From: Fimicolochytrium jonesii
Lineage: Eukaryota
Direction of reading: 5' to 3'
Length of the DNA stretch: 64,000 nt
Assembly: GCF_025526975.1 (NCBI RefSeq)
Contig: NW_026515668.1
Coordinates: 1,550,001 to 1,614,000, forward strand
Every line of letters starts with the position of its first letter. Position 1 is the first letter of the stretch. The position numbers and the translations under genes were made by a program. Shown here piece by piece: positions 39,301 through 49,600 of the stretch. The notes beneath the pieces were generated by a model. That model worked only from the letters and a program-made list of their open reading frames with translations, made no database searches and was not told the origin of the DNA.

Positions 39301-42300
39301 CGGTCCGATTCGATCTGTCCGCGTAACTCTTCAGCGATGTCATGCGAGTCCTTGAGATCCGATTCTAGCTGCGAGACTGCCTCCTCATGCTGGGCTGTCA
39401 AATCGGCCATTTTCTGTTCGTTCTCCGCGCGGGTCTGTGCGAGAAGCTGAGTTTCCTTCGACAGCTGTGCTTTCCATTTCTCCACTTCACTGCTCAAATT
39501 GGCAATCCGACCACTCTGCTCGTCCATCTCCGCTCGAGCCAGCCGTTCGTCCTGCTCCTTCTGCTGGATAAGTGCCTTGGCACTTGCCAGCTCCTGCTCA
39601 AGTCGCTTAGCCGCCATCGAGTGCTGTTCACCATCCGCCGCAGCCCGATCCTGCCACTCCTTAACCTGCCCTTCAAGATCCTGGATCTGTCCCATCTGGC
39701 GATCGATGGTTCCCACAGCGCTGCGAAGCTCGTCCTCCTTCTTGTCGAGGGACGCGACCGTAGCCGCCAACTCTCTTTCGAGCGCCGCTTTCGTCTGCCC
39801 GTGATGCTCGGATTCGGCAACAATGTGGGCTTTCGCCGCTTCCATATCACTCCTCAGTGCCTGGATCTGCGTGTGCTGGTCCTCCATCCGCTGGACGGCA
39901 GCCTCGTATTCCCTTTGCTTCTCACCCAGCTCCTTTTGGGACTGCGTCCTCAACGTTGTGAGTTGCTCATCCCGCGCGTCCAGTTCCGTCGTCATAGAGT
40001 CGATCCGCTCCTGGAACTGTGCCCGTTCCTGCACGGCCGCCGCCTGGAGTTGCTTTACTTTCACGTCATACCGATCAACTTCGGCCGCTTGTTCCTTCTC
40101 CTTCAACTCCACAAGCTCAGTCAGACTCCTGATCTTCATCTCATCCGCCGCACTCGCTTTCGTCAGCACCTCAATCTGCTCAAACGCCTGATTAAGCTCA
40201 TCATCGCGCGCCTTAACCTGCTGCTGCAAAAGCTGCACGTTCTTCTGGCCATCAGACTGCGCATCGCTCAGAAACTCGCGAAGGTGCTCAACCTCCTCGC
40301 GGAGTTTCTGCTCGCGTTCCGTGGCGAGCTCGATCTCGGTGTGTGCGCCTTCGAGCTCCTCGGCCGCCGTGGCGTAGTTCTGTGTCACACTCTCGAGCTC
40401 GGATCGGCGCTCGTCGGCTTCGTCCTCGGCGTGCCGGAGCTCTTTTTCTAGCGTCTCGCATTGGCGTTTGATCCGGTCTAGCTCCATATCGACTTCCTCG
40501 CGGCGTATACGTTCTTCCCTGAGATCTTCCTCCAAAGCAGGCACCCGTTGCTGGTAATCAGACACGTCATTGTTGGCCACTTGCAGCTCAGCCCTCAGTT
40601 CGCCCAGCTCGCGCTCCAACCCAGCCAGCTTGGCATGGGTGTCCCTGTTTTCCACATCTTTCGCATCAACCTTCTGACTCAACTGGCCAGTCTCCCGTTC
40701 AAGCTTGTCCAACGAAGCCTTGTACTCCGCCGCCCGCTTCTCGCATGCCCGCAGAGAGTCTTCCAGGTTCGCGTTATCTCGTTCCCGCTGACGACACAGC
40801 TCAGCGATCCGTTTGTTATCCTCCGTCAGCGCCACAACCTGCCTTTCATTGGCAGCAAGTTCACGTCGTATCTGCATCATCTCATCCCGAAGCGATTCCA
40901 CAGCTTGCCGCTTCTCCTCGACCAGAGTGTTCAGACTGGATATCTGTTGGTCCCTTTGTTTGACCTCATCGGATCTCCGTTGCACGATTTCTTGGTAGTC
41001 GGCCACTTCCGAGTGCATCTTCTTCACAAGCGTCTGGTAGGCAGTTTCCACCGTCCGATTCGAGGCTTTGAGATCTTTGACCAGCTCATCGGTCCTTTGC
41101 CGCTCCTCGGCCCGCTCGCGGTGCGCCTGATCGAGCTCCTCCGACACGTTCAGAAGGTACCGTTCGGCTTTTTCGAGCCGGGTGCGCAGATCATCTTCCT
41201 TTTGATCGAGATCCGCGATGGTGTTTTGCAGAGATCCGATGTGTTTCGTAGATGCCGCCTGCGCCTGAGCCAACTGGTCTTCCAGGTCCGCGATCCGCTG
41301 CAGATGCGCTTGCTGTTGCTTGTTGTATGTAGCGATAGTCTCCTCATGCCTCTTCTTCAACTCGGCAACCTCCCTCAGCAACCTAGCCTTTTCCTGCCGC
41401 TCATCATTGTAATGTGACGTTTTTTCCGATAATCGGTCGTGCAGGGTCTGCAGTTCCAGCACTTTCGGCTCAATCTCCGCCTGATACGCACGCAGCTTCT
41501 CCACCGCCTCGTCACGTTCCGTCTTTGTGTGCTTGAGCACTTTCTGGAAATCCGACTCGGCTTGCCGTATCCGCTCTTCCAGAGCCTGCCGTTGGGTTGC
41601 GGCCTCGGTTTTGTCTCGCGCGAGAACCTTCTGCAAATGCTCGACCTCGTTTTGCAGCTGGTCGTAGTTTCGCGATCTGTATCGGTCGTTTTGCTTTTGA
41701 AGATCGTCCAGTCGCTTTTGTAGGGCTGTGGTCTTCATGGCGAGGGTGCGGTCCTGTTGCGTGAAGGATTGCTTTTCGGCCTTTTGAAGCTAGATCGATA
41801 ATTATATGAGATTCTGTGTCGGGACGCGCAAGGGAAGAGTGGGATTCGAACCCAAACGTACGTTCTGCTTCAACTGCTCATGCTTATGTCCCAGATCCAA
41901 CAGCTCCCTCTCCTTCTTTGCCACCTGTGTCTGCAGCGCAACCTTATCCTTCAAGTGATCTTTGAGCTGGGCGTCCGCCCTCTGAATCTTTGCCTCCAAG
42001 TCACTCTTTTCCCTCTCGTTCCGTGTCAGCTGGCGCTGAAACTGGTCCTGCCACTTTTCAGCCTGTCCAAGGGAATGAAGGTGGGTGGTGAGTTGTCCGC
42101 CTCCAAACGTAGACATCCGGCTACCCGTTTCGAGCCTACCTCCTTTCTAATCTTTTGGATTTCATCCAAGTACTTCTGTTCAAGTTTATGTTGCCGCGAA
42201 GGAAGCTGTGGCCGGTGGCTGCCATTGTCTGCATGCTCCTCATATACTTCCTGTCCATTCTCATCTATCGGGGGAACTTACAAGGTCAGTACATTCATCA

Positions 42301-42556
42301 GTGCATTCAAAGCTATCAACGGAAGAACGTTTGCCAAACCTAAAACGGGTTCCTTGAAACGGTCGGCTTTTTCTAAGAACCCAAACCGCTTATGCTTATC
42401 CTGGTTCACTAGACTCGTGTTGATATCGTATGCTCCCGGGCCGGGTGTTTCCAGGGGACCTGGTATGAGGAATTATGATAGGAGCGTGAGGGGCGGAGCA
42501 GAGATGAGGGTCGGTGAGCCGGGGTGTTCGATGCTCGACTACTTACGCGCCAGCAT
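36326..42556 (-). CDS. HMMR/RHAMM-like long coiled-coil protein, multi-exon
   Basis: The spliced N-terminus MLARPLETPGPGAYD resembles the HMMR N-terminal PGAYD motif. About 1500 aa of heptad-rich sequence follow, then the HMMR_C-type motif ELNAELFGHANAKQKIKHVAQLKEENVKLK. Confidence 0.8.
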
Positions 42557-43749
42557 CTTGGAGCGAAGGGACGGCGATCACACCGCAGGTTGATGAGAGA
42601 GTTTCGTTGGTGGGCAACCTGCGAGTGAAGGTTGTGGATAGGAACCCCACGACTGGAGAGCCCCGAATGGAAGCTCGCGGGAGAGGGGGGATGTCGGGCG
42701 TCTGATCTTGAGACGATTGTTCACAAACCTGCGTCCAAAGTCTGCCCCGTGCGATTGGCCGTCAAAAGGGGGTCGCGTCGCTCCAAGGTTTCGGACATCC
42801 TTCTGGTTCCCTTCTCAACTTCACACACACTACTCTCGACACACTTTCCCCTGCGGACGACGAGCTTGTGTGGGCGATGGAAGAGAACCTTCTCTCATGA
42901 TCACGATCCCTCCTAAAAACACGGCGAACTGCTACAGTTTTGCAGTGTGGTTTCGAGTCTTCAGAAGTGCGCAAGCCCCACATCGGCATGCTTCCATATG
43001 TACACACATGTATACATATACAGTTCATGGATGCCAGATGAACGAAAGGCAGTCTCGAATGACATGGAAGCCGGAGATGTGTATACTATGCGACACACAC
43101 ACGCCATGCCTCTCAGGCCAGCGGAAATGTCCGGAACTGATTATCATGTCCGATTCCGAGAATCTGCTCTTCTCCTTCATCACGTGACTGGATATTTCAG
43201 TTTTAACGTGACTACCGCGCAAGTATTTTTATGCTTTGAACCTGCGACAGGATGCTCCTCCTGCGCTAATGCTACAACTCCGATCACGGCAGCTACGCGC
43301 TTTGACAGGCCCTTTTGCCAGACTGACAGCGTGCCAATGCCATGCCGCCGTTCATTGGGTTTAAGGCGCATCAATTTCCAGCGGTGACCGTCACTCCTTC
43401 TTGGCATCTGTTTCGAAGCATAATGACCGAGAGCGAATAGCGGGGCTCCCGCGATGAAACGCAGGGGTGCAAACGAACGCGAGCAGCTCAGCTCTTTGCC
43501 AGGGGGATGTGGTGGATCTGGAAGAGGGAAGACACCTCACGATGTGCGATCATCATCATCATCATCAGAAGAAGGGGGGCCGTGATGAAACACACGCTTG
43601 CAGTCGGTCTTTCCGCTCATGAGGAGACTCCCTCGGAACAGCGACGGACGGACTTATGGGATGGATGGCACAGTAGGACTCTCAAACCGCTCGCTCGCTT
43701 GAGCCAAGACTGAGCACCCCCCCGCCCAATTAGCAAAACAACGGGATCG

Positions 43750-43756
43750 TATAAAA
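43750..43756 (+). promoter_or_regulatory. Candidate TATA box of the fungalysin gene
   Basis: TATAAAA followed by a pyrimidine-rich leader; there is probably a 5'-UTR intron (about 43864-44041) before the ATG at 44058. Confidence 0.45.
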
Positions 43757-44057
43757 GCCGAGCACTTCCAGTCATCGCCCCTCCCGCCCCCCTTCTTCCC
43801 ACCACCACCACCACCACCTCTCCCATCCCAACTCGTTTCCCTCGTCTCTCTCAACTCGTTTCCGTGCGTTGGCGCTTGGATCCTGTACATTATCCTTGTC
43901 CCAAGCTAGCCCAACCCGGTTACGCTGTATATATCATACATACATACATACATTACATAGCTTTCGTTTCTTTCTCTGTTTCATACTTTTCTCTTTCTTT
44001 CCCACAAACGGCGTATCTCCAACCTTCTCTACATTACTCAGCAACATCGTAAACAGA

Positions 44058-46172
44058 ATGGCTATCCTATCGTCTTCCTCGTTCGTAGCGAAAGCCGCCT
44101 TCGTCGCTCTCACTTTCGGCTCCGCCGCCGTCGCCCACCCCCATCTCTCCGCCCGCCAAGCATCACCCGCCGCCAACGTTGGCTTCCACAACTGCGAGCC
44201 CAAAATATGGTCCCCGGCCTCCGCTACAACCGTCAGTTCCTCTCTCGTCCCGTCCGACGAGCTGAACCTCGCCGCAACAAACTGGCTCAGCAAGAACTTC
44301 AACCAGACCGAGAACAACTCCTACATGTCGAGCGGCTACTTCGACGCCGCGTCGGGTGTGTACCACCATTACACCGCTCAGCTGGTAGACGGTCTGCCCG
44401 TCGTGAACGGTGTCTCGGACGTGCATCTGGACAAGTTCGGAAACGCTCTCGCGGCTTCGTACGCGTTTGCGCATACCGAGAAGCTCGCGAGGCGGGATCT
44501 GGACGCTAGGGCTGCTGACCCTATCTCGGCATCCAGCGCCGTCGAGGCCTACGCAAAGGCGTTCGGACTTACCGCCGACGCTGCGCAGTTGAAGGAATCC
44601 GCAGCCGCCGACGCCACGGAGCTGAACCAAGCGAAAGTCATCACCGGCGCCACCTTCGCGCAAGCCCCCATCAAGGCCGAGATCAAGCTGTACCAGACCC
44701 CAACGTCCCTCGAGAAGGTGTGGAGCTTGAATGTGCAGCGTCCCGACGCGTGGCACAACGCGTTCATCTCGGTCGCCGATGGCTCGCTGGTGGGCAATTC
44801 GAACTGGCAGACGGCTAACTTCTGGAACCCAGAGTCGGAGACGGGCAAGACCGCCTCTGCTTCCGCTGGTACCGCCCCTGCTTCCGCTGGTACCGCCCCT
44901 GTCAAGCGCCGCGAATCGTTTGGAGACAGCGTCACGTTTGGGCAGGTGCATCGTCGCCAGGCGCGACAAGGTGCGGCGGCAGCTGGAGCCATCCCGCGCA
45001 CGACCTACCTTGCCCTGCCCTTCGGCGCAAAGGACCTCGACTCCACACCTCCCGTGCTTCTCACCGACCCCTTCGACAAGGACGCGTCCCCGCTCGGCTG
45101 GCACGATCTCGGGGACGGCAACGGCCCTCTCGCCACCACCGTCGGCAACAACGTCGTCGCGCAGGAGAACTCCCAGAACCTTGGCAATCCCCTCAACAAC
45201 CCGCGCCCGGTCTCCTCCACCTTCGACTTTAACTCCAAAGCCAACGACAAGAATCAAGAACCACCCCAGTACGTCGACGCCTCCGTCACCAACATGTTCG
45301 TGCTCTCCAACCTCTACCACGACACACTCTACAAATACGGCTTCACGGAACAAGCCGGCAACTTCCAAGCCAACAACAACGGCAAAGGCGGTTTGGCCGC
45401 CGACCCCGTCATCGCCAACGCACAGGACGGATCAGGCACAAACAACGCCAATTTCGCATCCCCGCCCGACGGCCAAATCGGCCTCATGCGCATGTTTGTC
45501 TTCACAGCCACCCAACCGCAACGCGACGGAAACCTCGAGAACGCCATCCCCATCCACGAACTCTCCCACGGCCTCTCCAACCGTCTCACCGGCGGGCCCG
45601 CCAACGCCAACTGCCTCAACAACGCCATCTCAGGCGGCATGGGCGAAGGCTGGTCCGACTTCTTCGGCGTCGCGTTAACCGCCTCCGCACAAGAAACCCG
45701 CACCACCGACCGCCCCGTCGGAAACTACGTCCTCAACAACGCCAACGGCGTCCGCGGCGTCCCATACTCCACCAATCTCCAAACCAACCCCCTCACCTTC
45801 GCCTCCATCACCCGCCCCGTGCAGCAAAACGACGTCCACGGCGTCGGCACAGTCTGGAACTCCATGCTCTTCGAAGCCTACTGGAACCTCGTCGACAAGC
45901 TGGGCTTCACACCCAACTTCAAGGACGACGCCCAGTCCGGAAAGGGCAACACGCTGATGATGCAGTACGTCGTGCAAGGCCTGGCGTTGCAGCCGTGCAA
46001 CCCGAACTTTGTGCAGGCGAGGGACGCGATCCTGGCCGCCGAGCTGCAGTTGACGAAGGGCGCGAATAAGTGTGAGTTGATCAAAGGGTTTGCGAAACGC
46101 GGACTCGGCCTGAATGCGAAGGGCACCGCGCCGTTTGTGAATGATAACACGGTGCCGGCGGAGTGTCAATGA
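44058..46172 (+). CDS. Fungalysin (M36 secreted zinc metalloprotease) preproprotein, intronless CDS
   Basis: Signal peptide, FTP-like propeptide (GVYHHYTAQLVDGLPVVNG), ASPLGWHD, GFTEQAGNFQ, NNANFASPPDG, HELSHGLSNRLTGG (HExxH), GMGEGWSD and LQPCNPNF. Confidence 0.95.
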   Translation: MAILSSSSFVAKAAFVALTFGSAAVAHPHLSARQASPAANVGFHNCEPKIWSPASATTVSSSLVPSDELNLAATNWLSKNFNQTENNSYMSSGYFDAASGVYHHYTAQLVDGLPVVNGVSDVHLDKFGNALAASYAFAHTEKLARRDLDARAADPISASSAVEAYAKAFGLTADAAQLKESAAADATELNQAKVITGATFAQAPIKAEIKLYQTPTSLEKVWSLNVQRPDAWHNAFISVADGSLVGNSNWQTANFWNPESETGKTASASAGTAPASAGTAPVKRRESFGDSVTFGQVHRRQARQGAAAAGAIPRTTYLALPFGAKDLDSTPPVLLTDPFDKDASPLGWHDLGDGNGPLATTVGNNVVAQENSQNLGNPLNNPRPVSSTFDFNSKANDKNQEPPQYVDASVTNMFVLSNLYHDTLYKYGFTEQAGNFQANNNGKGGLAADPVIANAQDGSGTNNANFASPPDGQIGLMRMFVFTATQPQRDGNLENAIPIHELSHGLSNRLTGGPANANCLNNAISGGMGEGWSDFFGVALTASAQETRTTDRPVGNYVLNNANGVRGVPYSTNLQTNPLTFASITRPVQQNDVHGVGTVWNSMLFEAYWNLVDKLGFTPNFKDDAQSGKGNTLMMQYVVQGLALQPCNPNFVQARDAILAAELQLTKGANKCELIKGFAKRGLGLNAKGTAPFVNDNTVPAECQ

Positions 46173-46602
46173 GCCTTTTTTTGGGCGTAGACTTTTTTTT
46201 TTGTGTGTGTGTGCTGGCTCGTCCCTGTAGTTTAGTTCATCTCTCCTTCCCTCATATATCGCAAATCGATTCTTACACTGGCAGTATTTTGGAACTTCCC
46301 CCCCCCCCCCCCCCCTCTCACTTGGATGTATATATATATGCGAACACTGTGTGTGTTTCGGCTCTTTGAAAATGGCAAATCATTCCATGGATATCCCTCA
46401 TTTGGTGTGCCGTGTTCTGTTATCATTGGTAAAGTTGGATGCTTTGTTATTGAGGTTCGTAGGACCATAATCGGAAGTATACTGCAATGCATCGAATGAT
46501 ATTGCAACTTCCAAAGCAGAATCTATCCTGGTCACTAAAATAAAACTACCCATACTCCGCTCCAACCTGAAAATACTTCAAAGATCCCTGGATCTAGAAA
46601 TC

Positions 46603-49600
46603 CTACTTGCTATAGTCAGGCCGATAACTCCTCCCCGTCCTCTCCCAAAACTCCTGACTCGACATCCTCTCCCCGCCACCACCTGGGCCCCCTTCCACAT
46701 GATGATGCCCAAGCCCCCGCCTCCCCCTCCCTCTCGGTCCTCCTCCACGCCCTCCCCGGGTAGGCCGACCACCTGTCTCATACTCCCTCGCGGGTCTGAG
46801 GGGCCCACCGACGACTTCCGGGCCAACGGGTCCGCGTACGTCCCAGCCGGAGACCCGGTCGCGTCCCAGGAAGGATGAGAGTGTCGGCGGCGGACTGGTT
46901 GAGGACACCCGACTACGCTGCTGCAAACGGTCACGTAACGCGGGACGGATGGTCTGCGCAGACGACGGCCGCCGGTCCCGGTCGCGTTCCTCATCGCGGT
47001 CTCGGTCGCGGTCCCTATCTGTGAGTTCCATCGGGTCGCCGGTTACCGAAACGGAGGCTGAGGACGGGCCGCTGGCGCCGTAGCTGGGACGGTACGAGCG
47101 TTCCGGGTGGAGTTCGGGGCGGTATCCCGGTCTGGGGTGGAACCCCCCGTCTGGGTCCGTGCGTCGGGGCGGGTAGAGGTCGTCGTCCTCTTTACGGGGC
47201 CCTCCGTCGGGGATGTCTTCGTCGTCACGGTCTAGAGAAACGACACGGCGGACGAAATCTCTGCCTCCGTCCATTCCAATCCCCCGCAAAGGTGTCCTGG
47301 AGCGACGTCGACCCCGTCTGCGTCGTGGATATGGTCGCGCCCCGTACCGAGGGGAGAGAGCAGACATGGGACCATCGGCGGGATTTCCGGGCGCTTCGCC
47401 GCGATACTCCAGCTCAGACGAGAGCGAACCCGAGTTTGTACCCGTGCGACTCGAAGTCGACGGGCTACGTGATCCAGACCGTGAGCCATTGTAGCTAGGC
47501 ATGCTATCCCTATCCTGCTCTCCTTCCAAGCCTCGACCGCTACCAATCGAGCCACGCGTATCCTCGAGCGAGACGACACGTAGGCGCCGCGGCGGTGGTG
47601 TGGGCGATCGGGAGATGGAACGTGAGCGAGATCGTGACACTGATCGTGAACGGGATCGGGATCGGGCGGAGATGCGAGAGGCTGGGGATGCTGGACGAGA
47701 CCGTCTATCGTCCGTCTCCAGGTATTCCCTCCTGCCAGGATCCATGATATCCGCACGACGCAATCTGGCATCTTTATCGTCCCGTTGACCGTCACGACGA
47801 TCCGAAGTCGGTAGCGGGGAGTTTTGCCTTAAAGAGACTGGTTCATCAATGTCCATTCGGTCGAGATGAGCCCCGCGGTTTGGCGACAGAGATCTCGGTC
47901 GAGCAGAGACTTGAACGGTCGGTCTGTCCTGAAACCCGCGCGGAGGCTCCTGCGCACTCCGGGGCGTAGTTCCACCAACTGTTGCGCTAGTAATGCTTGC
48001 TCTGCGCATGTGGACAGGGGAGTTACCCCGTTCCCTATTCCCATCCCCTGCCATCAAATGCGGCCCAGGTCCACCATAACCATCCCCGGGATGTCCGAAC
48101 CGCTCGCGATCCAGCCGCTCACGTTCACGCAGGTTTTGCTCTCGCGGATCCCTCTCCCGCGAATCCACCCAATCACTCCGCTCCAGCGGTTCACAGGGCT
48201 GATCCCATTCTCCACCGGGTCCCGGCCCAGGAGGCGCGGGGAAGCCGCGGGGATCTCGTTGGCCCCAGCTACGACGGCGTCCACGTCCAGAAGGCGCCCA
48301 CATGGGTGGTCCACCGCCATGACGGCCGGCTTCGAGTTCCCGTGCACCCTCTCGGTCCCACTCCCGTTCTCTGAGCTCGGGGTCCCGGTCTCGAGGATCG
48401 CCGCGTGGTGCTGGCGCTAGGTAGGGATCTCGAGGATCCCGCATGCGTTCATTAGCGTAGTCGAATTCACCTTCATGAGGTCCAGGAGCATGCGGCGGTC
48501 CATGTCGCTGGTCGTAGTAATCTCTTGGGCCAGCCCCTGCGTGCATAGGCAGCGGTGGACCGTGAGGATATCTCGGCGGCGGTCTTCTGAAATGCGGTGG
48601 CGGTCGCTCGATTCTTTCCGGACCGTAAAGCTGTTGGGGAAAAGCTGGGGCGCCTCCCGGACCATAGGGGTTGAAACCAGGCTCAGGCCGCGACATGTTT
48701 GGCGATGAAGGTGGCGGCGGGCGGTAATTTGGATACGCGCTTGCCGTCTGCTTGTATTTTGACGCCGGCGGTGGCGAGACGCGAGAGGGTGAACGTCCAG
48801 GGGCAGGGCCGCGGAAGGATCCGTGGGGTATTGTGGGCGAGACTTGTGGACGCCTCGGAAAAGTAGGATGACCGGAGTTGGAGATGATTGATGACCGACG
48901 ACTGTGCCAGTCGTGCTCCGGCTCCTGACCCGCGCCTCTAGACAGACGACGAGCTCCGGCGCTTGGGCCAGTTAATGTGCCGTGCGCTTGCTCACCCGGT
49001 GGGAACAGTGCCCGACCGCCATTCCTGCGAGCGTGTGGACTATTAGGTTCATCTTGCGGCGGTTGCGTGGTGGTGCCGTATATAGAAGCCAGTCCCGTAA
49101 CCGCTTGAATTGGGAAGTGATTTGAACCCTTTGAACCTTGATCCGCACTGTTCGGCCCTTCCTTGCGTCCTTCAGTTGGTCCCTCCTGAGTTCCGTGCAA
49201 AGGGCCAACTGATACTGATCTTCTTCGCTCCTCGGCCCGCGCTACCGATGTGACAGAGACCACAGAGACCGAGACCGTCGCGCGTTGCTCCGGAATTTCA
49301 TCCACGCGTGGCAAAGAACTGACGAAACTCGATGATTTGTTCTCGTTCACGTTGCCAAGCACGCTAGCCGAAGACACTCCAGTGGTGGGGAACGGAGACT
49401 CGCTCGCCGGGTTGAACGGGTCCAACACCGCTGCCGTTATTAAAGGAGTGTCTGGAGCAGACGACAAAGGAGTGGTGACCGCAGATGTGAGAGTAGAAGC
49501 GGTGGCAGACACTGCTGCAGCCGCTTCCATCTTCAAGCGCTTTTTGGCCATGAATTCTGCCAATGAGACTTTACGGATAACGGGCGGCGGTACGAACGCT

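Noticed and set aside
37051..41723. Long plus-strand ORFs antisense to the coiled-coil gene (similar ones lie opposite fungalysin, AP-2 beta, DBP2 and the flippase)
   Set aside because: Shadow ORFs caused by GC-rich codon bias on the coding strand.
43869..44057. 63-aa N-terminal extension of the fungalysin ORF in the ORF track
   Set aside because: It starts at TTG and crosses a (TACA)n/pyrimidine tract that looks like a 5'-UTR intron. The signal peptide begins at ATG 44058.
44859..44900. 21-bp tandem duplication in fungalysin (ASAGTAP x2)
   Set aside because: Ordinary in-frame slippage in the propeptide linker; not an array.
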